A stretch of 64,000 bases of DNA from Candidatus Levyibacteriota bacterium (GCA_049519175.1 JBEKQZ010000002.1:6782-70781); one strand, 5' to 3'. Counted from the stretch's first letter, positions 37,664 to 48,193 are shown. Notes: generated from the letters alone by a model not told the origin. A program made the numbers and translations.

Positions 37664-38755
37664 TTAATGCTTCTTCCCATTAATTGAAGGAATTAGTTGC
37701 CCAACAGATTCTCCAGTATGAATTCTTAGCATCGCTTCTGCAAACATATCCACTATTGAAACAATTTTTATACGTGGGTGATTAACTACTGCCGGAGGTT
37801 GCTTTATGGAATCCGTAATAATTATTTGGTCTATCGGCGATTCGTCTATTTTTTGTAAGGCGGGAACACCATACTTATCAGTTGAAAATATCCCGTGAGC
37901 AGCGGCCACAAAAATTCTTTTTGCGCCACACGCCTTTACCGCTTTCGCTACGTCGACTATGGTACCAGCAGTATCGATTACGTCTTCTGCTATAAACGCA
38001 TCCTTACCCTCTAAATCTCCTACCACTCTTAGAACTTCAACTTCATTTGCTCTTGGTCGAATCTTATAGGCTACCGCAATATTGCTGTTGCCGACCGTTA
38101 AATTTTGGAAGGCCACTGCTCTTTTTACTCCTCCTGCATCTGCAGCAACAAACACCAAATCCTCAAGCCCCATTTTTTCGACTTCCTCTAAAATTACCGG
38201 GCGGGCATAAATGTTATCCCAAGGAATATCAACCATCCCTACCGTTTGTTCCGCATGAAGGTCCATCGTAAGAATTCTATTGGCGCCTGCTAACTGGATT
38301 TCTTTGGCTGCCAGAGCCGCAGCAATGGTAACCCTGGATTTATTTTTTTGATCTCCTCTCCCATACCCGAAATACGGAATAACAGCATTTACCTCATCTG
38401 CGGATGACAACTTTGCAACATTTACCATATGACATACTTCTTGCAATGAATCATTCACGGAGCCAATTATATGCCCCTCCTCATCGATAATACGCGACGT
38501 AGGTTGAACAACATACACATTTTTTCGTCTTAAATTATGTGATGCTTCTGCGTTAATTTCTCCATCGGCAAATAACGTTACAGGCTCGTCAACCATAAGC
38601 CCAAGTCTGTCGCCTATCTTTCTTGCTAATTCGGGGTTTGATCTACCAGTTAGAATCTCTAAAGATTCTGTCTTTAAAACTGCTTCGATTGCAGGTCTGG
38701 AACGAAGCGTCTCTACAGTCCAAATTCTCGATGATGGGCGTCGTCTTTCAGGCAT
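37664..38755 (-). CDS. prs: ribose-phosphate pyrophosphokinase (PRPP synthetase) with an N-terminal extension
   Basis: Motifs RSNPELARKIGDRLG, FADGEI, DLHAEQ...DIPWDN and the PRPP-binding loop DVIDTAGT. Confidence 0.9.
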   Translation of the reverse strand: MPERRRPSSRIWTVETLRSRPAIEAVLKTESLEILTGRSNPELARKIGDRLGLMVDEPVTLFADGEINAEASHNLRRKNVYVVQPTSRIIDEEGHIIGSVNDSLQEVCHMVNVAKLSSADEVNAVIPYFGYGRGDQKNKSRVTIAAALAAKEIQLAGANRILTMDLHAEQTVGMVDIPWDNIYARPVILEEVEKMGLEDLVFVAADAGGVKRAVAFQNLTVGNSNIAVAYKIRPRANEVEVLRVVGDLEGKDAFIAEDVIDTAGTIVDVAKAVKACGAKRIFVAAAHGIFSTDKYGVPALQKIDESPIDQIIITDSIKQPPAVVNHPRIKIVSIVDMFAEAMLRIHTGESVGQLIPSINGKKH

Positions 38756-38766
38756 TTTGTCTCGGG

Positions 38767-38795
38767 CAAGGCATAACCATATTACAGAAACAAAA
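38767..38795 (-). promoter_or_regulatory. prs promoter candidate (TTGACA-N17-TAATAT, minus strand)
   Basis: The reverse complement reads TTGACAacatttttttgtttctgTAATAT, ending ~10 nt before the prs start. Confidence 0.45.
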
Positions 38796-38821
38796 AAATG
38801 TTGTCAATTAGGAAAATGGGG

Positions 38822-39583
38822 CTATTTGACAAAATCTGTGCCGAGGATTACCAGAATATCCGCGCCGGAGTTTACTTCGCCTGCCGGAACCGCAGTTGCC
38901 ACGTTACCGCCCAAAAGCTTGGCAATTTGCGCCGCAACTGCTGCATTACTGCCGCTTAAATCAATCACTTGGGTTTTGGAATAGTTGCCTTTGGCGTCGC
39001 CTTTTTCGGTAATCGAAGCGTTGGACATTCCTTGCGTAATGGTAGCGTCGGCTTTAGCCGCCAAACCCGCAGTCGTCGTCCCATTATAAATTGCGACTGT
39101 GACGGTTGCCGGAGTCGGTGTTGGCGTCGCGACAGCCGCGTTTGTCGCGGGCGACGGATTGGCAACCGGCGCACTTGAACCCAAATTAACTGGCGCTACC
39201 TGGATAATTTTGTTAATACTTTCCCGGTAGAGAATTGCTTCCTTGGCCCCAGTAAAAATTAGCACCTTGTCGCCATTTTTGGCATTGGCAAAAAATGCCT
39301 GACCCGCCAGCTTGGTAATATCCGAAACCGTGGCAATCTTCGGCGTTTCATTGGTCGGCAGTTCAATCAGCTTACCGACTTTATCAACCAAAGCTTTGAC
39401 TGTTGCATCCGCTGAAGTGTTGGGATTTTGCAAGAGCATTTGTTCCTGCTTATATTGGTTGTAATAATAGTAGGTAGGAATGGCGGCGACAATCAAAACA
39501 ACAATCACCACGATTAACCAGAGACTTTTATTGGCTTTGAGTTTGCTCAATTGCTTTGAGTTTTTCGGAGCAGGGTTTTTCAT
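38822..39583 (-). CDS. LytR_C (LytR/CpsA/Psr C-terminal)-domain membrane-anchored protein
   Basis: N-terminal TM. VTVAIYNGTTTAGLAAKADATI plus a second degenerate copy resemble LytR_C repeats. An ATPTPTPATV linker joins them. Confidence 0.55.
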   Translation of the reverse strand: MKNPAPKNSKQLSKLKANKSLWLIVVIVVLIVAAIPTYYYYNQYKQEQMLLQNPNTSADATVKALVDKVGKLIELPTNETPKIATVSDITKLAGQAFFANAKNGDKVLIFTGAKEAILYRESINKIIQVAPVNLGSSAPVANPSPATNAAVATPTPTPATVTVAIYNGTTTAGLAAKADATITQGMSNASITEKGDAKGNYSKTQVIDLSGSNAAVAAQIAKLLGGNVATAVPAGEVNSGADILVILGTDFVK

Positions 39584-39807
39584 CTACAGTTAGCATAGAG
39601 AGTTTCCCAACTTCTTGTCAAGCAGAGTATATTAATTTGATGCTAGACGATGGAAACTAGATGCTGGATTTTGAGATTAGAGAATAGAAGCTAGAAAAAT
39701 AATTATCAAACTTCCATCATCCAACTTCAAGTTCTAACTTCGAGAATCTATTGTCTAACATCAAGCGTTGAACCTAGACTGATTTTGTTGTAAAGTTAAT
39801 GTAGGTA

Positions 39808-42600
39808 ATGAATAAAAAAATAATCTTTCTGTCCTTATTTTTTTTACTGGCCGGCTGCCTTTGGAAAATCCCGCAGGCTAAGGCGTCAACTTTTACCGAC
39901 GGCTACATCCGGCTTGACAATCAAACCGCCAACGCTCCCCTCTCCGGCACAATTTGCGCCCAACCATCGTCCGCCGGCGCCGGAACAGAAGCCAAAATCA
40001 GCGTTGCTTTTCCCAGCGACTTTTCTATTTCGGCCAACACGAGCAACTGGACGACCAACGTCAGTGGTCTTCCTGACGGCGCGACCAGTTGGCCAAGCAT
40101 TGGGAGTTCGGCTACCAGCGTATCCGGTCAAACAGTCACGTTTGCCAGCGGCGATTTAACCGCCGACACACTTTACTGTTTTAATTTTACCGGCAGTTCG
40201 TCCACCACAGGAGCGGCTGGAACCAACAAAACCGGCACACTCACCAGTAAAAATGCTTCCAACGCGACCATTGATCAGACGACTTATTATCTGGCAATCC
40301 TGAATAACAACCAAATTGAGGTAACAGCGACGGTTCCGCCGAATGCCACTTATCTGCCAGTTTCGCTTAAATCGACTAACACCGGCAGCAGTTTTCCGCA
40401 AAATACCGTTTTAAACTACAAAATTAATTACGGGCTTTTAAGTATCGGAGCTTTTCCGTTAACCATTCAGGCACAGTGGAACCAAGGAACAATCGCCGGC
40501 AGTCCGGCACCTTCGGTGGACATCGTCAATTATGTCGTCGGCAGCGCTACTAACGGTTACGGCGGAACCGCACCGGTCGTTGACACGGTAGACGGAACAG
40601 TTACCTGGACTTTTACCTCTTTTCCGGGCAACACCACTAACCAAACCGTCGGTTTCCAACTTGAAACTAATAATTCTTATACCGGAAACAGCTCGGTCAG
40701 TTTTACTGTCGCCGCCAGAGCAATGTCTTTGTCCACCGTGACGCCTGATCAAACTGTCACCCAAGATTATTTGTATAGCGGTTCGCTGGCGCCAACACCG
40801 ACACCAACACAAGCGCCGACGCTGACGCCAACGGTTACCGTTACTCCAACTCCGACGCCAACACTCACACCTCAATCTTTTGCGTTTGGCAACGTCAATG
40901 TTTACGCAGTAACGCAATCCCAAGCGCAAATTCGGGTTGTTACCACCCGTAACGCCACTTCGACGATTACTTACGGCACTTCCGCTTCCAAATTAACCCA
41001 AAGTGTTTCTAGCACGACGCCTTTAACCGACGCTGTGCTGACTTTGCCAAATCTGACGCCGGATACGACTTATTATTTTAAGACCACCGCCACCGACAGC
41101 TACGGAAACTTAATTAAGTCGGATATTTTTACCCTTAAAACCGCTGTTGTCTCCGAAGTGGTGCTCGTTGACCCGCAAAGCGTGATTGTCACCAGTAACA
41201 GTAACGTTTTAGTCAATCCTGAAGCGCAAAAAGCCAGCGGGCAACCACAGAAGATTGCGATTGTTGTTCCTCTCTCAACCGATTTTGAAATCCAATTCTC
41301 GCTGGCCAAGCAAATTCCGGTCAAAAGTATTCAGGCAATTGTCAGAAATAAAAATGTCTTGGGCGCTAATACTTTTTCGGTTCCGGTCGCCGAAGCGGCT
41401 TCAAACTATGTTGATTTGGTCGAAACCCAACCGGGAGTTTATACCGGCAGATTAAAGAGCTTGCCCAGTCCCGGTTTTTACGAAATTTATGCGCGCATCG
41501 TCGATTATAATGGTAATATCTACGAGCAGAAAATTTCGGATTTGACTGTCACTTCCCACTTTATGGTCTACGACAAAAGCAATAATCAAGGAGTCGATAA
41601 CGCTAAAGTTTTGCTTTACCTATATAATCCAATAGCCAAAATCTATGACCTAATTTCTCCACTAATCCTGCCGATTCCAAATCCGGCCTATTCCTTAAGC
41701 GACGGCACGGTGCAAATAGTTTTTTCTCCGGCTAAATATAAAGCTGAAGTCTCCGCCATTGGCTATAAGCCGCAAACGATAGAGTTTGAAATTAATCCCC
41801 AGTCAATTTATTATCCGACTGTCTATCTTCAGCCCGAGCCGTTTAATCTAGTCAATTTTGTGCAATACCTCGGTAAAAACTTTACGGATCTCATCTCCTT
41901 AAACCAGCAATACTTAAGCGAAATTTCCGCTTCGAGCAGACTGTTCGTTGTTTTGGAAAGCCTGACGCTTTTGGTGTTTGTCGGTCTAACCTTTTTCTCT
42001 TTTTCCGCCAGAACTCATATTCCCATTCTTTATTTACCTTACTTTTTCATTCACAAGCTAAGACAGCTTTTCTGGAAAAATAATTCTTTGCTTATCGGCA
42101 AAGTTGTCGACACGGTTACACAAAATCCGATTTCCAGAGCAAGAGTAAACCTTATTGATGCCAAGAAAAATAAATTGCTGGCAGAACTAAAAACCAACCG
42201 CCTGGGTGAATTTTATTATAAAAGCGCTAATTTCGAGCATTTGCAGATTACGGTGACAAAAAAAGGCTTCCTCCCCACTCCGACCATGAACTTTATTAAA
42301 GAAAATTTGCAAAAGATGCCACTCGTTTTAAGCGTCGTTAGGGATGAGTCGTACTTGCGGTCGGTGTCGGAACTTATAATTTTAGTCTTGGAAAATGTGA
42401 TTGGTGCTCTCTTAGAGTTTCTGCTTGTTTTTACGATCATTCTTGAACTCTACTTTATTCCCCCGCTTGGCATTTTGCGGATCTTACCATTCTTGTTTTT
42501 GTCTATTTTGAACGTGACACTTCTGATTTTTTACCTTTATAAACCGCGTCACCTGATTTTGAATGCCCCCTCGATTAAACACGGCTTTACGGCTGCTTAG
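39808..42600 (+). CDS. large secreted/membrane-anchored surface protein (930 aa): paralogous N-terminal domain, Thr/Pro linker, carboxypeptidase-regulatory-like domain, C-terminal TM helices
   Basis: It has a signal peptide. The N-terminal ~130 aa (YIRLDNQTANAPLSGTICAQP...TLYCFNFTGSSSTTGAAGT) are clearly homologous to the N-terminus of the 50100 gene product. The linker is TPTPTQAPTLTPTVTVTPTPTPTLTP. The CarboxypepD_reg-like segment is GKVVDTVTQNPISRARVNLID...LGEFYY. Three or four C-terminal TM segments follow. Confidence 0.7.
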   Translation: MNKKIIFLSLFFLLAGCLWKIPQAKASTFTDGYIRLDNQTANAPLSGTICAQPSSAGAGTEAKISVAFPSDFSISANTSNWTTNVSGLPDGATSWPSIGSSATSVSGQTVTFASGDLTADTLYCFNFTGSSSTTGAAGTNKTGTLTSKNASNATIDQTTYYLAILNNNQIEVTATVPPNATYLPVSLKSTNTGSSFPQNTVLNYKINYGLLSIGAFPLTIQAQWNQGTIAGSPAPSVDIVNYVVGSATNGYGGTAPVVDTVDGTVTWTFTSFPGNTTNQTVGFQLETNNSYTGNSSVSFTVAARAMSLSTVTPDQTVTQDYLYSGSLAPTPTPTQAPTLTPTVTVTPTPTPTLTPQSFAFGNVNVYAVTQSQAQIRVVTTRNATSTITYGTSASKLTQSVSSTTPLTDAVLTLPNLTPDTTYYFKTTATDSYGNLIKSDIFTLKTAVVSEVVLVDPQSVIVTSNSNVLVNPEAQKASGQPQKIAIVVPLSTDFEIQFSLAKQIPVKSIQAIVRNKNVLGANTFSVPVAEAASNYVDLVETQPGVYTGRLKSLPSPGFYEIYARIVDYNGNIYEQKISDLTVTSHFMVYDKSNNQGVDNAKVLLYLYNPIAKIYDLISPLILPIPNPAYSLSDGTVQIVFSPAKYKAEVSAIGYKPQTIEFEINPQSIYYPTVYLQPEPFNLVNFVQYLGKNFTDLISLNQQYLSEISASSRLFVVLESLTLLVFVGLTFFSFSARTHIPILYLPYFFIHKLRQLFWKNNSLLIGKVVDTVTQNPISRARVNLIDAKKNKLLAELKTNRLGEFYYKSANFEHLQITVTKKGFLPTPTMNFIKENLQKMPLVLSVVRDESYLRSVSELIILVLENVIGALLEFLLVFTIILELYFIPPLGILRILPFLFLSILNVTLLIFYLYKPRHLILNAPSIKHGFTAA

Positions 42601-42626
42601 CCGCTTTTGCCTGAGGACCATTGGAG

Positions 42627-43622
42627 TCAGTGATACATTACAATAGCGTCTTTATAGATTTTGTCGGAAATTTGCTCAATGGTTTTTGATAAGTCATTAA
42701 AGTCCGGCCCTTTGGTCATAATACACAACAGATATGGACGCTTTGGGTAATAAATTATGCCGCAGTCATGCAGCTGGTGAATTCCGTTGCCCACTTCTCT
42801 TTCACCAAACTTATGCGCAATTGGGATATTTTTGGGCAAATCATCCACCAATCCCTGTTTAAATTCCGCTTGCGCTAAAAGTTCGAGCGCTTGCTCGGAA
42901 TAATCTTTATTTAAATAAGTGGCATAATATAAAACCCTAAACAGCGTTGAATATTCAGACACGTCCATAAAATCATCAGGAGTCGAATTGGTGGCGGTGG
43001 TAATACCCAAATCAAGCGTTACCTGATTAATCTTGCGGCTATCGATGTTATTTTCCAAAAGCGCCAAGGCTGCGTTATCGGAGCCGATAATCATACTTTC
43101 GATTAGCTGCTCAACCGTATAGGTTTGCCCTAAAACAAGCGGATGGCTCGGCGGATAATTTTGCGCGATTACTCCGGAAGGCTCTGCGCTATATTTTATT
43201 TTTTGCTCAAGAATTGCCGGAGCTTCTTCTGCTTCTTTGTAATAAGCCATCATTACCGGCACTTTTAAGAGACTCGACGGCGCAAAAACATCGTGCTCAT
43301 TAATGCCAAACCACGATCCGTTATTCAAGTCACGGTAATAAACCGACACGCTGGTCACCGAATTATTGGTGGTTAATTGATTAATGTAAGTGCTAATGCT
43401 ACTTTTTAATTTGGACAGTTCTTTGGTATCATAGCTTTCACCCGTATTGCATTCGTACAACGGATTAATGAACTGATAACCGCCGGCGTGGAATTCTGAT
43501 GGAATATTTGCAAGATCAGGAAATTGACCGGGCAGTAAATAGCCGATAAAACCGCCAACCGCTAGTCCGAGGATTAAAAATGCCAGACAAAAATAAAACC
43601 ATTTATTTCGGAGAATAAACAT
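42627..43622 (-). CDS. class A beta-lactamase-fold serine hydrolase, membrane-anchored
   Basis: SxxK (APSSLLK), SDN (GSDNAA), and a KTG-like triad HKFG. N-terminal TM. Confidence 0.55.
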   Translation of the reverse strand: MFILRNKWFYFCLAFLILGLAVGGFIGYLLPGQFPDLANIPSEFHAGGYQFINPLYECNTGESYDTKELSKLKSSISTYINQLTTNNSVTSVSVYYRDLNNGSWFGINEHDVFAPSSLLKVPVMMAYYKEAEEAPAILEQKIKYSAEPSGVIAQNYPPSHPLVLGQTYTVEQLIESMIIGSDNAALALLENNIDSRKINQVTLDLGITTATNSTPDDFMDVSEYSTLFRVLYYATYLNKDYSEQALELLAQAEFKQGLVDDLPKNIPIAHKFGEREVGNGIHQLHDCGIIYYPKRPYLLCIMTKGPDFNDLSKTIEQISDKIYKDAIVMYH

Positions 43623-43663
43623 AAATTAAATAGTATCGTAAAGAAAAAACTATTGCAAGAGGC

Positions 43664-46600
43664 TTATTGCGTTGGAGTTGGCGTGATGTTTAGTTGATTA
43701 ATGATTGATTGAAACGCCGCCGAGTCGGTCGCGGTTGGAATTGGCGTGACGTCCAAATTAAGCCCCGAAGTTTGCGCATCCCGCACTGATAATGCTACCC
43801 AGGAGAAACTAATATCTTCCGGCGCCGGTTTATTTAGCTTGATGACAAAACCTGTCGTGGTTCTTTGCGTAACCACGTAGGAAATATTATTATTAAGAAT
43901 TGTATCTTCCAGAGTTTGCTGCGTGGCGCTGTCCCCTGTTTTGTCCATAGCAATGCTGGCGGTGACCACCGGCGTGTTCACATATTCCTGATTGAAATTA
44001 ACTTGCACGCTGTCCAAGCCCTGTTGGATAACCGCAAATCCGGCGGTATCATTATTAAAGGTCGGCGTGGAATCAAAACGGACATTGCCTTTGAAAACCA
44101 CGTCCTGAATAAAGTAAGCAAACTGCGAAACCAAAAGGTTTTGGGTGGTAAGATTATTTAGAACATTCAACGCTCCCTGAATAAGGCCGTTGCCCCCAAC
44201 ATTTAGGTCGGCCGAAATAGTGGCTAAGCCGTCGACATTAAGACTGGTAAGAGTAAGCACTGTTGGAAGCTGTGCCGAACCGGTGGCCAGTTCCGCGCTC
44301 CCCGTCGCGTCCGCCAAAACCGCCGTGTTGTCATTAAGCGGTAGGGTCTGATCGGTGGGAATTTCCAATCCCCCGACTATTTCGTCGGCAATTAGCTTTT
44401 CGACGTGCAAAGTTCCGCTGATGGTGGCATCGCCGGTGTTCAAGCTATTTGAAGTTAATTGTCCGCTGAAACTGGCGTTCCCCTGATTATCAATGGTAGC
44501 AACCGCCAAACCCGAAGCTGAATTGCTATTCAAAACGGACAGCTGATTGCTATTTAGCTTTAAAGCGACATTTGCATTATCGTCTATTGGAACAATCAGA
44601 CTCGTCTGCAAAGTATTAACTGTTGCTAGCGGCGAAATTATAGTTTGACCGTTAGAAAGTGCAAATTGTGAATTCGAAATAGCGCTGGTAACAATACCGG
44701 TAATATAGTCTCTGACATTTTGTCCATTGATGGTGATATTTTCGCTGGCAACGCTTAAAGCATTAGTGGTAATTTGCCCGGCGTTGACAAATCCTACCCG
44801 CAAATTGGCAATCGCCGCGTCGGAAAATTCTCCGACTCGGGCAATCGGATTTCCTAAAGCATCATTTAGCGTAAAGTAATGCGGAATTGTGTAGTTGGTG
44901 TTGCTCGCGGTCTGGTCAACCAGATTCAAATTTCCGCTTGAAGTTAGATAAACCTGCGGATCATACCAAGTGGGATTGACATAAACCTCTATTTCTCCGC
45001 TGGTTCCAGCGTCAACCGCCATTCCGATTACCGGTCCGGCTTTAGTGGCTTTGACGGCAACTCCGGATGTGCTTGAATAAGTTAGATAGTCTCCTGGATT
45101 GATAGCGCCGTTTTGCGAATTTATCTCGGTCCTTAGCTGTCCTAGTAAACCGACGGTTACATAATCAGGGTCATCTTCGTGAGAATCATTTCCTAAAACA
45201 ATGTAAGAATTAGAAATAACGCCGAGTATTTGAGTATTATTGTTGTCGCATTTTATAACTCCACCATTTGTATCAATGCAAACCAAATCTCCCGGATTCA
45301 ACACGTCATTTGCATTTGCTTTTTTAAACCATTCGGCATAATCCCCGCCCGTTGAGCTAAGAGTTACACTGCTTCCGGTGCCCAGAATTTTTCCGATTAT
45401 TGTTCCGTTTCCGGTGGCAAAGTTAATATATCTGTCTGCAGAACCGGGTAATGCTCCGTTATTTGTCCCTAGTCTTAGCGATAAAGCAGTATGACAAGTT
45501 GAGTTGGTACAAGCGGCGTTGCCGGTATTTGGAAAGGCATTCCAAATTTGTGCCGAAGCCGTTGAAGAGCTGGAGCCAATCACCTGAAATTTAATGTTTC
45601 CCGAAGTGGATGCTGAAGCACCAAGCAGTAATTGGTTAGCACCTATGGATACTGTAGATGCCAATCCCGCGAAATTCAAAGTTCCGGTTAATCCGGTATT
45701 GAATAACGCTAACGTTCCTGAGGTTTGGTTTGTAGCAAGGGTTGTACCATTTAGCGTTATTGTTGCCGAAGAAGCTCCTAGAGTTAAGGCTGTTGCCGCC
45801 CCACCATAAGTTATTGTTGTCGGAGTCCCAAATTCCGTCAGCGTTGTAGCAGTTGTGTTTAGTGTATAGCTTGCCCCGGTATTCGGATTTAAACTCAAAG
45901 AGGTTGACGAAGTTAAAGTAGATAGCGAATTAGCCGTTATCGACGCACCGCTCGCGGTAATATTTCCGGTGTTACCTACCGTAAACATAGTCCAGCCGGA
46001 AGCGGAAGCGGTGAACAAATCGCCTACGCCATTATTATTAGCAACCAAAGCGGCAAAGGAAGTTCTACCCGAGACCGAAGCCGCCGGAACGGTTCCGTTC
46101 ATTGCCCGCACATCTAATGTGCTAGCGGGAGTAGTGGTGCCGATACCGACATAACCGGTATTATCCCGGACGGTCATGGCCGTTCCCCAAGTATTGAGTC
46201 CGGATTTATAACCAAAGTTTAAAGTGCCGTTGCCCGGTTCAATGGTGGAGCTGGTAGCTCCTCCAAGGACTAGTGTTGCCGACAAAGAGGCACTGCCGGT
46301 GGGAGCTCCCATGTTTAAGGTAGTAGCAGCTCCACCATAAGTTATTGTTGTCGGAGTCCCAAATTCCGTCAGCGTTGTAGCAGTTGTGTTTAGTGTATAG
46401 CTTGCCCCGGTATTCGGATTTAAACTCAAAGAGGTTGACGAAGTTAAAGTAGATAGCGAATTAGCCGTTATCGACGCACCGCTCATAGTTAGAGTGCTGG
46501 CTATGGTTAGCGCTCCGCCTGAACTCAAAGTATTACTTGAAGAAAAGAATTGGATGTTGCCGGTTGAACCGGAGTTAAGGGTTAAAGTATTTGAGCCGGT

Positions 46601-47806
46601 GTTGGCGAATGACGGATTTGTCCCAAGGTTAATTGTTGCAGCATTAAGATTGATTACTCCTCCGGTGCCATTGTTTGGGGAAAGTGTAATATTGCCGGTG
46701 GTATTACCACCAATGGCTAAGAGTTGATTGTTGGTAGATTGAATTGCACTGGCTGCAAATGCACCGATAGTCAAGCTTCCCGCAACGGAAGCGCTGCCGC
46801 CGTAGCCGTTATTGGGCATTAATACCAATTGCCCGCTGAACGAAGCCTGGGTTTGGTGAGTTGAAGAAGCAAGCCCGGTAAAAGCAAAAACTGCTGACGC
46901 GGTTGATTGTCCACCAATTAAAAGATCCGCGGTTGAATTAATTGGGGTTATATATCCGCCACCGGTGGTTCCATAACCATTAACTAAATTCCAATAGTTG
47001 GTTCCAGTTCCGCCGGTTCCGCAACTTCCCCAAGCTGCAGTAGCGCCACCGACTAGACAATGTGAAGAATCGGAGGTTGTCCCTCCAAGTGAAATTCCTC
47101 CGGACGCAAGAGTAATTCCAGCAAAAGACGGATTAGAACTTAAAACTAAAGTTGTGCCTGTTCCGGTCGTGCTGTTTCCCAATGCTGTTACGGTTCCCGA
47201 GGTTGGCAAAGTAAGCGTGGTTGTTCCTGAAGTTGAAAACGTCAAATTTTGTGTACCCAGATCAACCGTAATTGGGCTTGTCCCGCTCGTTCCAATTCTA
47301 AGCGTTGCAGAAGTAGAACCGGCGGTGCCCGTAGCCGAGTCTTGAACCGTTAAGCCCGCTACCTGCTGGGCGTTAAAGGCAAACGGCACCGCTGTCATTT
47401 GAATTCTCGGCGTCATTTCCGAATCGCTTACCGGTGAAGTAACTTGAATGCCCAAATAAAGTCCATCCCAGTTAAAATTAAAGCTCGTTGGAATTGATGT
47501 TACTGAACCCAACGCCACCCGGAAAATTCCGTCGGTGGTAGTTACTGTTTGCGTTTCCGTCCACAGCGCTGTTCCGCCGCTGGAAACGTTATACAGGCTA
47601 AACACCACTGTGTAGCTTCCGTTGGAAACGTTTAATCCGGTGCTTCCGGCCACGTTGCTGACTAACCTACCTTGAAAGTTGATGGTGCGGTTAATCCCTG
47701 TTGCAGCTAAAACCGGCTTTGTGAAAACCGCAGAGAAGCTTAGCGAAAAAGAGGCTATTGCTAAAATGACTAAAAGTTGTTTAAAATTGAAATGGACAGT
47801 CAACAT
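43664..47806 (-). CDS. giant secreted Gly/Thr/Ser-rich repeat protein (1380 aa); putative adhesin or fibre-like surface protein
   Basis: It has a signal peptide and long low-complexity beta-rich repeats. A ~177-aa unit is duplicated internally. A central domain (GDYAEWF...PGDLVCID) is reminiscent of fibre/tail-fibre-like proteins, but that comparison is weak. Confidence 0.7.
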   Translation of the reverse strand: MLTVHFNFKQLLVILAIASFSLSFSAVFTKPVLAATGINRTINFQGRLVSNVAGSTGLNVSNGSYTVVFSLYNVSSGGTALWTETQTVTTTDGIFRVALGSVTSIPTSFNFNWDGLYLGIQVTSPVSDSEMTPRIQMTAVPFAFNAQQVAGLTVQDSATGTAGSTSATLRIGTSGTSPITVDLGTQNLTFSTSGTTTLTLPTSGTVTALGNSTTGTGTTLVLSSNPSFAGITLASGGISLGGTTSDSSHCLVGGATAAWGSCGTGGTGTNYWNLVNGYGTTGGGYITPINSTADLLIGGQSTASAVFAFTGLASSTHQTQASFSGQLVLMPNNGYGGSASVAGSLTIGAFAASAIQSTNNQLLAIGGNTTGNITLSPNNGTGGVINLNAATINLGTNPSFANTGSNTLTLNSGSTGNIQFFSSSNTLSSGGALTIASTLTMSGASITANSLSTLTSSTSLSLNPNTGASYTLNTTATTLTEFGTPTTITYGGAATTLNMGAPTGSASLSATLVLGGATSSTIEPGNGTLNFGYKSGLNTWGTAMTVRDNTGYVGIGTTTPASTLDVRAMNGTVPAASVSGRTSFAALVANNNGVGDLFTASASGWTMFTVGNTGNITASGASITANSLSTLTSSTSLSLNPNTGASYTLNTTATTLTEFGTPTTITYGGAATALTLGASSATITLNGTTLATNQTSGTLALFNTGLTGTLNFAGLASTVSIGANQLLLGASASTSGNIKFQVIGSSSSTASAQIWNAFPNTGNAACTNSTCHTALSLRLGTNNGALPGSADRYINFATGNGTIIGKILGTGSSVTLSSTGGDYAEWFKKANANDVLNPGDLVCIDTNGGVIKCDNNNTQILGVISNSYIVLGNDSHEDDPDYVTVGLLGQLRTEINSQNGAINPGDYLTYSSTSGVAVKATKAGPVIGMAVDAGTSGEIEVYVNPTWYDPQVYLTSSGNLNLVDQTASNTNYTIPHYFTLNDALGNPIARVGEFSDAAIANLRVGFVNAGQITTNALSVASENITINGQNVRDYITGIVTSAISNSQFALSNGQTIISPLATVNTLQTSLIVPIDDNANVALKLNSNQLSVLNSNSASGLAVATIDNQGNASFSGQLTSNSLNTGDATISGTLHVEKLIADEIVGGLEIPTDQTLPLNDNTAVLADATGSAELATGSAQLPTVLTLTSLNVDGLATISADLNVGGNGLIQGALNVLNNLTTQNLLVSQFAYFIQDVVFKGNVRFDSTPTFNNDTAGFAVIQQGLDSVQVNFNQEYVNTPVVTASIAMDKTGDSATQQTLEDTILNNNISYVVTQRTTTGFVIKLNKPAPEDISFSWVALSVRDAQTSGLNLDVTPIPTATDSAAFQSIINQLNITPTPTQ
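45800..45953. repeat. 154-bp perfect internal direct repeat, copy 1, inside the giant gene
   Basis: It is identical to 46331-46484. The flanks are diverged but alignable, so this is a 531-bp (177-codon) in-frame tandem duplication. Confidence 0.9.
46331..46484. repeat. 154-bp perfect internal direct repeat, copy 2
   Basis: See copy 1. Confidence 0.9.
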
Positions 47807-47864
47807 TTAATTAATATTACTACGTAATATTAATTACACCAAGTATACAGCCACGGGTCAAGTC

Positions 47865-47895
47865 TTGACAAAGCTTGTATACTTGTGCATATAAT
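47865..47895 (+). promoter_or_regulatory. promoter candidate (TTGACA ... TATAAT, spacer ~19)
   Basis: TTGACAaagcttgtatacttgtgcaTATAAT lies upstream of 47913. The spacer is long, so confidence is low. Confidence 0.3.
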
Positions 47896-47912
47896 TATAT
47901 ATAATTGCATAT

Positions 47913-48191
47913 ATGGAAAATCTTTTGAACATCCGACAAGTTGCTTTTATTTTAAAAGTTCATCCGTTAACCGTTCGCCGTTATATTAAGGACGGTCGCT
48001 TAAAAGCGGTTAGAGTTGGCGGCAACGTCCGGATTAAAGAATCGCAGTTGTTGGACTTTAATAAAGATTTCTCTTCTGCCCCATCGAAAAAGCAAGTTGT
48101 GAAAAATAGCCTTAAACCGGCCAAAGTCTTTACCTTGGATGATCCGATTTTTCGGTTGAGAGGCAAAGGCGCAAGTCTTACCCTAAGTTAA
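47913..48191 (+). CDS. excisionase-family HTH DNA-binding protein (92 aa)
   Basis: LLNIRQVAFILKVHPLTVRRYIKDGRLKAVRVGGNVRIKESQL is paralogous to the 37453 product. Confidence 0.7.
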   Translation: MENLLNIRQVAFILKVHPLTVRRYIKDGRLKAVRVGGNVRIKESQLLDFNKDFSSAPSKKQVVKNSLKPAKVFTLDDPIFRLRGKGASLTLS

Positions 48192-48193
48192 GA

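Noticed and set aside
39886-40929. Several Arg/Gly-rich 81-156-aa ORFs
   Set aside because: They are alternate-frame or antisense readings of the Thr/Pro/Gly-rich region of the 930-aa surface protein gene.
44000-47345. Plus-strand ORFs inside 43664-47806
   Set aside because: They are antisense to the giant repeat-protein gene, produced by its compositional bias.
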